A DNA stretch of 64,000 bases, from NCBI GenBank assembly GCA_043228905.1, contig JBHGNT010000006.1:620001-684000 (forward strand), written 5' to 3'. Below, piece by piece: positions 28,701 through 42,033 of this stretch. A program made the position numbers and the translations under genes. The notes under the pieces are model-generated. The model was not told where the DNA came from. It did no database searches and worked only from the letters and a program-made list of their open reading frames with translations. How positions within the stretch are numbered: the first letter of the stretch is position 1; the number at the start of each line of letters is the position of its first letter. This stretch comes from Azolla caroliniana (Eukaryota; Plantae; Polypodiophyta).

Positions 28701-31700
28701 TGTTTTCTCGTCACCCACCATTTTAAAAATAGGTAACAAATCCTTACTCATTCTTTTGAAGTTATTTTTGGTAAAGTGGCATAGACTTTTGTAAAACTAA
28801 TTCAAGGCCATTGGTAATTATTTGTACAATAGAAATGATGTGTCATATCACAATATCGGAGTGATTTCCCTGTAGTTATAATATCCTTGAATATTTACAT
28901 GGAATCTATTCATACATCTTTGTATGCTATCTTTTATTACATGAAGGATTTGTTTGCATTAACTGTTGATTGATTATATGAGCCTGGAAATAGTTGATAA
29001 CCGAAATCAGCTTGTTGACTGACGTAGAATATCTTTGATAGTTGCATAGATATATGTCACAAGTTTCTAGATCCCGAAAGGTTATGATCGGCTAGGCAAA
29101 TAGATTATCACATTAATGCAAGATCATCAGGCTGCTGATTTTTCTGAACCAACAATACAATATGGCATGGCCAACATACAATCCAAAATTCTATTAAACA
29201 ATGTTGATTAATTGGATGTCCAGCAATGTCGAAACATATATAGAGTATGTACACCAGGAGGAAGTTAAAATAGTTGAAAATGTCTAGCTTCTCTTCCTTG
29301 GTATCAAATAAGTTGAAGGAACAGGCTCAAACTGTAATAGCTCCAAAAAGTCTCTGGATAGAAGAAATGAAATAAAGCCTACCAGTCCTGCCATTTGTAT
29401 CAAATCTTTGTCTTGAACTCCTTGTTCATTGAGCACAAATTATTATTATTTTAACTAAGACAGACACCGATCTTTTGTAGGAGTTATTGCAAATTTTTTT
29501 GCATGATATCATATTATACTCACAGTTATTAGATTATGGATGTTCATTGCCCATGAGGTACCTTTCATTAATGCATGTGCTTTTGTCAAGTTGAATTCGT
29601 TGAGGACACATCACTGCAACGGTCACAATCCTGCTTATCCTGCTTGTAACTCCCACTGAACTCAAGTAATTGCTGAGCTCCATGACGTTTTGTGTGGGGT
29701 TCCATGCCTACTTGCAGCAGCTGTGACTTGGGGATGGGAGTTTATCTGATACATTTTCTGGATCCTGCAATGTTGCTCCTGGAATTGGCTGAGCACATGC
29801 AGTCAGTTTTAACCTTAGTGACCTGTCAGTCTCCTGTGCCCATTAATCGATCAAGAAGTACATGTCTCAATTTTTGTAATATCCTGGTTTGTGCATTTCT
29901 CTCATGCTACAAGTCAACCAAGGTCTACACAAATGGGGCCTCAACTAGAACAGTTAAAAAGGGTTACATAAGATTGAGCATTAGCAATCTTGTCATGCAT
30001 GTCAGCCATGGGGCCATCTGAACTACAGATGTAACCAACAAATAAACTCCATCATCATCCAACACTGAAGGTAATTCCATTGCTTTGGAGATCTCTCCAT
30101 CTTCGAGTGCTTCATCTTGGAGAACCTCAGAAAGCAGAAGTTTCAGACTATCTAATTTCAGAATATTATGTGATTAGATAATTAGAATCATTAGTATCCT
30201 ATATTTAGGTTTATCTTTTCTGGTTTGTTATTCTTAAATAGGAGGCAACGTTAAGATGTTATCTCTTATTCAGTCGACATGCTGTGAAACCCAACCACTT
30301 TATGTTATGACCTATGAATGTGTTCCATCATTATCATTCCCAAGCATAAGTGGATTCTCAAGATTTGATTCATGAGTGCCAAACTGATTTCATCCATGCA
30401 GTGCATTTAGCAACTACCATCACCTTCTGTGATGCAGTAGAACGGATCATGGCTTACCAGAAATCTTTTCCATTACATTTGGATTCTGAAAAGAAACCTT
30501 GGAGCATGTGGTTTTAATTATTAGAACCAGGGATTATAAGTGTAGCAAGCTGTAGTAGGAGCATAGTTCTCATCAACAGCTCAGCATAGCTGTAACTGCC
30601 CCAATTGGTTGATTTATCCTTTTTTTGCTTTCCCTCTCATGCTTCAGATTCTCATGTTTCACTTAGTGCTGAAACAAGGCGTTTGGCTATCTTTTTGTCA
30701 AGGTTTCAAATGGGAAACAACCTGCTGCTGTAAAACAATTGACGCTGAGGTTTTCCTAATGCATCAAATTTATTGCTTTCTTAAATTTAGCGGCGTTTTT
30801 AAAATTTACAACTAGCCCATACATTTTTAATGTTTGTATAATCAAAAGACTCTAATATAGTGTACCATTTACCCCCTGATTCTATAGGCTATGCTGTGTA
30901 CAATGATTTGAAGCAAATGTTCAACTCGTACACTGAACTGAGCTGTTTTCATGGATGTGAACCTGTTTTGGACTTGCAACATGTTTCTCCAGAAGGAATT
31001 AAAGGAGGTCTTTCACGCCTAGCTCAAGTATGTAATCAACTAAATTGTATCAGCATACTGTTATTTAGCTTAGGAATCTTGAATGTTGGAAATTGTAATT
31101 CATAGTTTTATCATTAATTTCTTCATAGTTTTATCATTAATAAATGCAAAAGATATTACCTCCCTTGTCTCTATCATAATAATCTTGCTGGCGGTTCCAA
31201 CTGCATCAAATGGCTAATCAATGAGCCATTTTTTAAGAACATTGTATCATCATCAAGATGTCAAATGCGCTTATATTATCAATTCGTGTAATGTTTGGCA
31301 ATGGGGCTTTATTCTTAGATGAATCCAATTTGCGGAGTTGTATAGGAATACTGTATCCAGGTGTTTTCCTGGGTCTTCTAGGTTTTTATAATTGCTAGAT
31401 ATGTGTCATCATCAACGTAGCTCCTTTATGTCAAGCATATTTTCTTGCAGCCATGTGGTTTTTTTGCATGTTTTGACGTAATATAACCCCATATATGGCA
31501 GCATTGCTCTAAAATAAACTGTGACAAACAAATAACAGATGGTTCTAGGAAGATCCATGGACAAACAAATGAGAATGTCTGATTGGGAGAAACGTCCACT
31601 CAGCATAAATCAGGTTTTATTTATGACTTAACTAGAATAATGCTAAATTCTCATGTTTTAATTTACTTCCGCTGATTTTATTGGAACACTTAATGTCAGC

Positions 31701-31930
31701 TGCATTATGCTGCTCTGGATGCAGCTGTTCTCCTATCGATATTTGACCACCTAGATTTCTCCAAGATTGATTGGAAACATCATGTGGTATGTTTGGTTTG
31801 CTCTTGGAGAATATATATTCAATGTACAATTCTATTTCAAGGGATGTGTTGTTTTTATAAATGAAAGTAGTAGAGATGTCTATTATGAATAGAGAGGGAG
31901 AGTGTGTGTGTGAGAGAGAGAGTGCGTGTG

Positions 31931-31988
<58 letters not shown>

Positions 31989-32201
31989 GTTGGTAAGGTT
32001 GCCCAATGGAGACCAGGTGGTCATGGGTTCAACCCTTAGATTCCACAGTGGCATCTAGTGAAAGAAGAGATATCTATGGAGTAGTAGAGAGCTGAGAAAT
32101 TTGGGGTTTCGAACCCAAGATGTAATGCTAGTGGTGTAAACAACTTACCACTAGGGTAAGCTAATTACGAAAAGAGAGAGAGTGTGTGTGTGTGTGTGTG
32201 T

Positions 32202-32261
<60 letters not shown>

Positions 32262-33339
32262 GAGTGAGAGTGAGCTAAATCTTGTGAGGAGATGGTTTTC
32301 ACAATTATATATCTCAATGTTCTAGTCATGGAATATGTATAAAGAGACTTGATGGTGTTTGTGATCTGGTTTGTCCTACCATAATCATAATGTAGAAAAC
32401 CTAGCATCTGATGCCCATCTGTATACAATGCAAGATTCCAGTATATTATCATCATTGTTATTATGTTACGCTGCACGGAAGCCATATCTATGCTCTTTAT
32501 AATATATTGTTGGAGATCAGATGAAGGCCACAAGGCAGCTGTCAAAGACTGCAAATATGATCAGGAAGTGATATTAATGATTGTTTTATGCAACACTGTC
32601 AGCAGGGTGCTTACCACGATAGTAAATCTCAAGTCAGGTGAGCAATACTGGGATACAGTTTGCAGGTTAGAAGTGAAAGAAAATCTAGCTGTGCATATGA
32701 ACAAAGGAGATAGAATATGCCGTAATTTTTCAGTCACACGAATGATATTCCGCTCTAAATGTCAAATAGCCATACATTGAGCTGCATTGCACCGACATAA
32801 TGTGGGGGAGAATTGTTGATTATGGCTGAACTGCCCATTAGACTGCTCATGAGCATCAGACTATCATTTTGATGGGTGTAAATAGAGATTAAGTTGGCTA
32901 TAGATTGTCTTTGTGACGTGAGTATTTCAAAAGTGGGGGAGCATGTAGCTTTGGTATGTCGCATCTGTTGAGACCAAGCTATCTATTGTAAAATGTGTCC
33001 ATCATCTACAAGTATGGGCATGTAATTCGCTTTTTATAAAATTAACTGCACTTGGGGGAGAATGTAGCTTTGGCATGTCCTATCCGATGAGACCAAGATA
33101 TCTCACATAAAAAAAAAGTGCCATCATCTACGAGTATGGGCATATGTACTTCACTTTTTTTAAAATTAACAGTACTGTTCTAACTAAGGCTTGGATATTT
33201 GGCTGTGACATTCCCTTTTCTATCCCAATTATTACGTCTGTGTTTTATAGCGCAAAAACCTGTTGCATTTTTTCAGAATTGTTTCAAAGCCAAGGAAACA
33301 TGTTCCAGCTCTAGCAAACCCGAACACAATATCAACTAG
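22796..33339 (+). CDS. DEDDy 3'-5' exonuclease, mut-7/EXD3/Nibbler-like (resembles the Arabidopsis Atrimmer type), ~549 aa
   Basis: Exon model: 22796-22955, 24495-25182, 25537-25612, 26966-27023, 27130-27299, 28600-28732, 30888-31027, 31539-31613, 31700-31786, 33277-33339 (1650 nt, phases consistent). ExoI VGIDCEWK, ExoII GYAVYNDLKQ, ExoIII SDWEKRPLSINQLHYAALDA. Exons 3-5 are less certain, and exon 5 needs an AAG acceptor. Confidence 0.9.
27500..27845 (+). repeat. ~150-bp tandem array (2.3 copies) built on the tRNA-like arm of the GA-associated element
   Basis: Units tagctcaccctagtngtaagttgtcatgctac...tgtcttgggttcaattcccaattttctca resemble 40810-40885. Confidence 0.7.
28424..28625 (+). repeat. 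103-bp tandem duplication spanning the exon-6 acceptor of the exonuclease gene
   Basis: cttgcAG|gtaacaattttacaa occurs with AG ending at 28496 and at 28599, each with ~70 bp of matching upstream intron. Confidence 0.9.
31990..32171 (+). mobile_element. tRNA-derived SINE/MITE-like element in a (GA)n/(GT)n tract (5'-truncated copy)
   Basis: Matches the reverse complement of 40803-40990. B boxes GGTTCAACCC (+) and GGTTCGAAACCC (-). Microsatellites on both sides. Confidence 0.8.
32935..33176. repeat. ~120-bp diverged tandem duplication (intronic)
   Basis: ggggga..atgtagctttgg...catcatctac.agtatgggcat...aaaattaac occurs twice. Confidence 0.85.
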
Positions 33340-35259
33340 TATTAGCATCGGGAAAGCTGGCAGTGAGTGAAAAGTATCAGTTTGTATTTATTTTTGTTAT
33401 TGTGAAAGTTATACTGCATGCAACTGTGAAAGTTATCTGCATGTATCAAAAGAAGCATGAAGTCCTAATCTCTAGAGGTTAGCAACCTGCTATGATGAGC
33501 ATTTTGGGTTGATGGAAAAATAATTTTTTATTATTGGCTGGATTTAGAATGATTGATGGCTCTTTCTTTAGTTTATGAATTTTATTATTGGCTGGATGTA
33601 GGATTATTAATCTTGGAATCAACAGCTCTTTCTTTATGTTTATACTTAAAACCAATATTTCTATAGCTTGCAAAAATTAAAAATATGTTATGTTGATTAA
33701 TAAATTATTTTGGCAGGTTGTAGTCCTTTACTTATGGTAGTCTGTAGAGGTGAATTCTTGGTAGCAACCACTGGAAAACTAGGAAAGCTGGCATTATGAA
33801 TGTTCATATCATCACATAATTGAGTTCTTTTTGTTCATTGGCTTGCTCTTGCAAACCACTAACAATTTATATGGATATGTATCTTTTGAATTCAAACTTT
33901 CTACACCAAGCTTTTGGGAATCGTTACAATGCATAACTATTGGTTGTATCTCTTCTTTACTCTCAATTGTGAATACAAACCTGTTTAATATATGTATGTG
34001 AATGAAGCTATTTTAATTTTCCCTTATTTTAACAGTATTATGATATAGAATAATAGTGCATCGATCTCTGGTGTATCAGTAGTCTACAGAAATGAAGACA
34101 ATAGACATGTCTATATAGCTTAAGCAGTAGGGTAAATTAAGGTACGATTTTATTAGGATTTAGGTATTGAATCTTGACATGTTTCATCTGCCTGTAACAC
34201 TGGATGCTGATGGAAAATTAGTTGCACTTTAATCGTACTTTAGCAGTTTAAATCTGTCACTGTAATCTCTCTATGAGCATTTTGCAATTTTAGTTCTGGT
34301 CATATCACATGGTTGTGTAATGTTTCCTGCAAAAATATCTGTTTGCAAAAACCTTTGTGATCCTCGATCTTTTTGAGAAAAGTGAAGGAACAAATCATGA
34401 CAGAGGGATAGATCACAGAATCCATTTAGGGTGTTAAAAGTCACGACATGACATAAACACTGGACATGATGGTAAAAAAAATGGATGCCTTTGAGTTTGA
34501 AATGGCAGGAGCTGCGGTGCAAAATATAATACAACATTTTGTATTCCAAGCTGAATCTGAAGACAATATTGATAGAGTAATATTAGAAATTTGACTGAAT
34601 AAGATATGATTTTTTCAGATAATAAAGATGATTGTTGAAGAAAAATGTAAATTTTAATTGTTCTATATTTGCAGTAACTATAAACTTGATATAACATGAC
34701 AGATTGAAGAATATGATTTATGTTTCAAATTTGTTTTAAGCATACAGGGTCAAGTATGAATCAGACAAGGAGCCAGCCAAAACATCCTTACGAGTAATAG
34801 ATTTGACACCCAATGAGGGCAATGACTTCTTCAATGAATCCTTGTTAAGCATTAAATTCATGTTCTGATCTCAAATTGGCAGAGATGATAGCTAAAAATG
34901 TTTCTCAAGTGACCATTTTCCAAGAGATTTGCTTTGTTATGTCTCATCAATAAAAAAAGAGATTTGGATCCCATTTAACTGATCCTTAAAGCAGGCTGAA
35001 AAAGGTAAAATACCACGTGCTTCAAGAAGATAGTAGTAGTTCAGGTCATTAACCACAAATACATAGCTACAAACCCTGGAACGGCATCTATGGTATATTT
35101 TCATGAAAAATTACAACGAAATAAAACTTTCAATTTCCATTATCTTGAGTGCATGCATACATGACCTTGAAAAGTTACAGCGAAATAGAACTTTCAATTT
35201 CCATCATGTCGACACATACATGACCTTCAAGACTTACAATGAAAAAATAGAACTTAGAT

Positions 35260-37113
35260 CTATGCAACAAACTTTTGGCATCGAGTATCAAGATGAACTT
35301 TCTGGCATCGGATACAACAGAATCGAGCTCCGCAAACAACGCATGTATAATTAGCAAAGTACCCACACACACTGCAGAAGTAACGCCGTGCAGTCGAACT
35401 CGGAGGGCCAACTGCAGCTCTCAAATAAGAAGGTACATGGCTTGGTAAAGATTCTAAGTTGGCCTGCAAGTATAAAAAAAGGAAAATAGGCAACGATAAC
35501 ATTTCTAATCAAGATATTGATAATCAGGTATACAATTTACTGCAAACCTCAAGCAAAAGATCATGAAAACTCTGAGTCTTCTTGGCAGTGGCAAGCTTCT
35601 CTATGGCTCTTGCTTGTCTTGTCTCTCTCTTGGAATTTTTTACATGCCTTCGCTGATACACTAGATTTTCTGTTATAGATATCTTCGGTTAGCAGTTTCA
35701 TTGCACATAATTGACAGCTACCAAAAAAGTGTGAATAATGTGAACTAATCTGAATATCAAAACCTTCTCATAAAAAACTTAAGTTCACGAAATAATGCTG
35801 ATGTCCTTACCATTTTCTTCATCATCAAGAGACGCTTCTTCATCGTCATCACCATCTACCAACTCCATGGCAACATTGTCACTTTCCAAAGCATCAAGCC
35901 GAGCAAGGGCTGTCTGTTCAAAAAAGAAAAACAAATTAGTAGAAATATAGAGATCACGTAGGCTTCTCCAACAATCCATGGTGTATCCAAGAACTTTCAA
36001 GCCCTTAAACGTTCTCTTGGAAAATTGAGTGGGCCTCAATAAAGGGTGCATTATTAATAGATTGCATGCATCCTATGTGGAAACATGCATGCACTAGTTG
36101 AAGGGGATAAATAAACCCTATGATCATTGTGATATCTTGGAAAAGGATCATTCATTACATTCTTCGATGTCAAGGTCTTTTCCAATCTATGGATGAATTT
36201 TTCTTCATGTCTATATATTATGTTCCTTTTTAAATCGAATCGGACAGTACTATGGTGGTGGAACAGAGGCCTAGTTCCTGTTCCCATCCCACGGATAAGG
36301 AAATGAACAGCAAATTGCTTGATTACAAGAGGCCTGCTAACAATGCAATGGAAAGGTAGATTGGATGGATTTACAATCACATCACAAATAGAATACCATA
36401 GCTTATTGGTTGCCCTCTCAAATATCATTGAAAGCAAATAAAAATAACCATGAAAAATAAACAAATATGAAAATCCTCAAATGTGCATTACTTTACAGGG
36501 GTTATGGAAACTTGATCAAATAGCCAGCTGTTGAGAATATAGTAAAGAATAACAACTGCGTTTATCCACAATAAAAAAACGAGTTTATAATCTACAAGGA
36601 CTTGGTGAAAGTGTTAGAGCTAGTCCCCGTATCTTTTCTGCTGAAAAGAAAACAATTTGGCCAATACTTTCCTCAGATCTTGGTGTTTGCTTATATTGGG
36701 CACAATAAACAAATTACATCGTGTTCTTTGTTTCTATGATGGAAAGAGGTGAGTGACAAAGTTTAGGCTTTGTGCAGAAGATGGATAGCTTGCAACCAAC
36801 AGGGGAACCTGGTTCTGAGACATAACAAACTTTACATTCTTGTGGTGCCTCAAATATGCCTTCATTTTTTAATGTTTCTAGTATAAAGACAGGTAGAATT
36901 ACCTCGAGGCGAATTCAATGCAATCCCATTTTGTGGGTTTTCCCCTTACATTGAGGTTTCCCACCACTAATGTAGCATATGATAAAAAAGAAGGTTCAGA
37001 AACAAAATGACCTGTGAACGGTTGTTAATGTCAGCTAATGCAGCTCCCATCTTGGCAGCTACCTTGCGGGTCCGTGTAGAAGGACGCCGTGGAGCAAAGA
37101 TATCGTCTTCCAT
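35260..37113 (-). CDS. SWC6: SWR1 complex subunit 6 (SEF/ZNHIT1, zf-HIT)
   Basis: Exons 37113-37012, 35913-35811, 35660 (or 35669)-35548, 35463-35260. MEDDIFAPRRPSTRTRKVAAKM...ANLESLPSHVPSYLRAAVGPPSSTARRYFCSVCGYFANYTCVVCGARFCCIRCQKVHLDTRCQKFVA. Confidence 0.95.
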
Positions 37114-37661
37114 AGTGCACTCTGTTTTACCTTTCACCTCGTACAAGAACCTTAATACAGGGTCTTTCCTTTAGATATAGTTATTTTTGCTAATTACTAT
37201 TGATTTTTAAGGAGTCAGTATACAAGACTAGGCATGGAGAATCTATGTCACCATTTTTCCACCTTCATCAAGTTTCTAAGCAATGAGTCTCTCATTAATT
37301 TCATCTTGGATGGCCCTATCATGTACATTAAGACTTTGGGATACATCAATTTCAAATTTTTCAATGACCAGATATTTTGTTTTCAATAGACTATTGTAAA
37401 AATCCAAGACTTAAGCACATCATGCCCTCTGATTTACCTTTTGCCTCGTACAAGAACCCTAATACGGGGGCTTTCATTTAGCTATATTCTATTCTCTTGT
37501 GAGGAAATTTTTTACAATCATTAATTAATTTTCTTAACTGGAACACTAACGTGTTCGCATTAATCTAATCCATAATAAATCATTAATAAATGCATTTCGA
37601 TACCCTGGATTTCTCGTTAGTAAACAAAGAGATACATATATAGAGGGATTGTATCACTCAT

Positions 37662-37830
37662 ACCTTGGGGTAGAAGAAGAAGACAACGCGCGTCCGAAAA
37701 TCAAGAGAACAACACAGACAGAGGATTAGGGTTTTAAAAAAACAGCAATAAACTCGTAAATTCTGTATATGGAACAGGCAGGGAGGGGAGGGAGGGGAGG
37801 GGGGCGTAAATGGCCCCCGTGGCTTGGAGC
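37662..37830 (-). promoter_or_regulatory. SWC6 non-coding first exon and promoter with telo-box
   Basis: AAACCCTAAT on the minus strand at 37725-37734, donor ccaag|GTATGA at ~37663, pyrimidine patch. Confidence 0.55.
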
Positions 37831-40802
37831 CAATTTGCTTATACTTTGGACGTTTTGAAATTGAAATGGACAGCCCACATTCATTACTCAATCCAATGGA
37901 ATTGATTCTTCCTCCCGATGCACCAATGTTAGTAGTAGGACCCAATTATATTGTAAGATCAAATTATATAGTGCTAAGGTTGATACAAACTACTTGAACT
38001 TTGTCATCGATATGAAATTTGAAATTTTCAAGATCCACTTAAGCCATACGACTTCATAAGCAACAATGGTTGTGCCTATGCATTCCGCATCTATGCTTCA
38101 TAGATGCATTGTAGGTTTTTCTTTTTGCTACTCAAGATATGGCAAAGCTTGATGTCGATCAATGATCTGTTGAACTATTGTCCCTATCAACATTTGTGTA
38201 GCCTTCTACTTTGTCAAATATGTCACAATTGATGATGTTGCTACTAACATATCACATCACTTGCTCAACACAATCAAGGCGTTCTTTGCACAGTGCTTGT
38301 ATCAATAGGCTGAGGAGCCTAATCATACAATAAATATCAAGTCAAGGTGGCTTCCTTCACTAATAGTTCAAGCAAAGGACAAAGGTTGTTGTGGAGTATT
38401 ATTTCCAAGACAAGTGGGGTATCCTCAAGCCCTTGCTCTAAAGAAGAAGAAGCACACACCCTTTCTTGAGGAAGAGTTAGACGTGCTTACCATTAGGACA
38501 TCGGGTGTGACAAATGACCTTTGAAAAGCAAAAGAACGCACAAGGTGCTCTACTTGTGAGAGGATGCAATGTAACTGCAACGAGTACATGTTACAATATT
38601 ACACTTTTATTGTAAAGGTGTTTGGAAAGTCTCGCCAAAATGGCAATGATCCTCTTTGAACAAAAGCAATGGATAAAGAGATGTAAGATCTCTAAGAAAA
38701 ATGGGACGTGGTAACTCACCCTGAGTCCAAAACACAATAAGGTCACACATTGTTCATTTATTTACAAAGTAATACACATCTCTAACTACTCTACCATATG
38801 ATAGATATAAGGCTCAACTTGTGGTGAAAGAGTATGCCCCAAACGCACAATGAGACCTTCACACATGTTGCAAAGATGATGACCATGTCGATCTTACTAG
38901 TAGTCCTAGTGACGAAGGGGTCTAACATGTATCCATCTAAGGACATAAAGAATGTCGTTTTCCAAAGAGTGCTAAGGAAGAGGTCTATATGAAACAACCA
39001 TCATATCCAACTCAAGATCCCACCCATGCATGTTATGTTAACTTAAGAAGCCATGTTATGGTCTCAAGTTAGCATTGCGGGCATGCCGCTTGAAGATCAC
39101 ACAATACCTACATGACACTGGCTTTCACATATCTAAGTTGGATAACTCCCTCTATGTGCAGGTTGACTTGTACATTACTACATTCACCCTCTTGTATTGA
39201 TCATTTTTGGAGGTCAAATATGACCCATGAAACCAAAAATATTACATTTCATTGGGGTTGTGAGAGAAATTCATGTAAGGATTGGGCTTGGGTCAAGATG
39301 TGTGGAAAGCATGATCAAATATGATCAAAGCCAGATCATTGTATCAAAGTGTGATACTTAATACTCTCGAACTTGTTAATGGCAATATGGGAAATATGGC
39401 AAGTATGTACATTAGAAAATAATAATACTACAATATGGGTGAAGGTTGTCTTATATATCATTACCTTCTCGCTATTTTATAAATTATAATTACACGTTCA
39501 TTGTTGTAATGGATTTAGGTAGGATATAGAATATTCTTCACATTAACTATACATATCACATATCACAGGCTAGTTACAAGGGAGTGTGCAATTGTATTTC
39601 AATGCATGCACCTTCACCCACTACTTGTATGATCACATACACATCAGACTATGGAGCCACACACGTTCACCCACTACTTGTGGGATGATGCACACGTTGA
39701 ACAATCGTGAGGACATAATCATTATTATTTATTTGTTTGTTTATTTGAAGAATGCATTTTAAAACAATGCATTATTCATGATATGAAACCATCCACTTGA
39801 ACAATTTATGACCTATAAACTCCAAAGGCATCAACCAACTTACTAATAATTTTTAATAAATTTATAATTTCCTCAATTGAGTGGGGACACATTTGAACCT
39901 ATACATAGTAGGTCCTAAAGATCGAGATAAGATTATTGCAAGAATATGAGCAACCCTTGAAAGAGGTGAACACTTCATTATGATAACAAATTGTTTGGGT
40001 TTATTGCAAGAATATGTGCAACCTTTGAAGGAGATGAACACCATTATGTAAGAAATTGTTTGGCTTTATTTGACTATGATGAAGATGCCCTTACACAAGG
40101 CATATTTGGAAACAAGCGCATAAGTATACTCGTCCCACATTCATACACATCAATCAAGCACTCATCTAGACACAATTACATACATTTTGGCATATACCTT
40201 CTTTATACTAGTTCAACATAGGAGGTACTTTGACTATGCTCAATCGATGTTACTTTGGGCATATGAACTTATTTCCAATGGCTTATATGCCACACAATCA
40301 TAGAGGCCTTAGAAAATGGAGAATAAACATTTATTTCAACATCTAACATAAAATAAAGTCTCGATGTGCAAAGAACCTATGATTATTATTCCTAAATTCT
40401 AATATTCTGTGGTCAGGTAGAGCCCCGTGTCATGCACACATGTCATCTTAGTTGCATCAATGTCGTGCGTAATGATAGATGATGCTCTTCGTGTGCGGTC
40501 ACATAAAAAAGAAGGGATCAAGACTTTTGTAGAATGGAGTGTGTTCAAACAAGCTGAAAACAAATTTCTTCGAACACGTGAAGAATGCACACCAAGGAAG
40601 GTGTGAACGCAGTAAGAATGGAAGATTGGATAGCCGTAGGCCAATCTATGGACGGAGGGGTGCGTCGAGATACAGATACAACAAGCACGGACCAGATTGG
40701 ACCGGACCCACGAGGAGATAGAGCACGCTCTGACCAATGAACCCATTCATTCCCCCAATGAGGTCCCAAGGTGCCATCTCTCTCTCTCTCTCTCTCTTTT
40801 TA

Positions 40803-41005
40803 TTCGTAATTAGCTTACCCTAGTGGTAAGTTGATAACACTACAAGCACTGTGTCTTGGGTTCGAAACCCAATTTCCTCACCTCTCTATTATATACTTCT
40901 TATATATCTCTTAATTCACTAGATGCCACTATGGAATGTAGGGGTTGAACCCATGACCACCTGGTCTCCATTGGGCAACCTTACCAATTGAGCTACATCC
41001 ATTTG

Positions 41006-41012
<7 letters not shown>
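40803..41012 (-). mobile_element. tRNA-derived SINE/MITE-like element in a (GA)n tract (fuller copy)
   Basis: Minus strand has A box TAGCTCAATTGG and B box GGTTCAACCC. Plus strand has a second A-like/B box pair (ctagtggtaag...GGTTCGAAACCC). (CT)n on both flanks. Confidence 0.8.
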
Positions 41013-41038
<26 letters not shown>

Positions 41039-42033
41039 AAAAGAGGTATACGTGCGTAGGAAGACAAGAATAAAATCTCTCTTTCTCTCTCTAAAAAGAG
41101 GTATACTTGCCTCGGAAGACAACAATAAAATCTCTGTCTCTCTCTCTCTCTCCATAAAAAAAAAAAAATAAAAAAAAAAATAAAAAAAAAAATATACAGA
41201 GAGATTCATATACATATGTGTGTATATATATAGGAACATACAGATCGAAGCTTCCATCGATCGGTCAATCCTTCGACGATATTGGACACACGTTTTTTTC
41301 ATCATCGTTGTCGTCTTCGTCCAACGCCCAGGTTTCCTGCTCTCCTAATCTGGCCTGTTTCTACCGTTTCTGCTTCTCTGTTCTTGTTCCGGGTTTGGCT
41401 TTGTATGTCCTCTGCAATCAAGACAGTTTTTGCTTTTGTTTTCTGATCCTTTGTGTGTTGTCCGCCTTAAGGAGGTGTTGCTTTTGCCTCTTATGCTTTC
41501 TAATGTTTCCTTTTGGTTCGTATGTCTGGTTTCTTTTTTGGGGGTTTGGTGTTTTGCTGCTTTGTTTTACAATTTTCGTTTTCGTCATCTATAGTTTCGT
41601 TTCCCCCTTCTGGATCTGCTATTTTCCATTTTCTTTTTTAACATGTAGTTAAGCTTCTTGTTCGTAAAAACGAAATACAAGGTGGGGTTTCTATTGCATT
41701 AAATACGAATTCGTTGTGCTCTTCTTTTAACATAATACATAGCGCAGCTATGTTAGCCTTCCTTCTTTTTTTCGTATGTGCGGCAGTTTTGTTTTGTCAT
41801 GTGTGTCCGGTTTATACTAGGTAGTTTTGCTATTGATTTTCTCTATGACTGCTACTTTTGACTATTGTGGCTTATTATGTCAGGTAGTTTCAGGTTTAAA
41901 GTAGTTCTGATGTAATTTTGCTATTTTTTCTCAACACTTTTTTTAGAGCTAAAAGAAAGATTCAGTATTATCTTAGAATTAAACACATATTGATTTATGT
42001 ATTTTATGTGTTTTTTGTTTGAAACAGAGAAAC

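Noticed and set aside
38000-40400. Cys-containing fragments (RCSTCERMQCNC) suggesting a DNA transposon remnant
   Set aside because: Too decayed to classify.
40921-41005. tRNA gene
   Set aside because: Has A/B boxes but no proper cloverleaf or terminator; part of a dispersed repeat.
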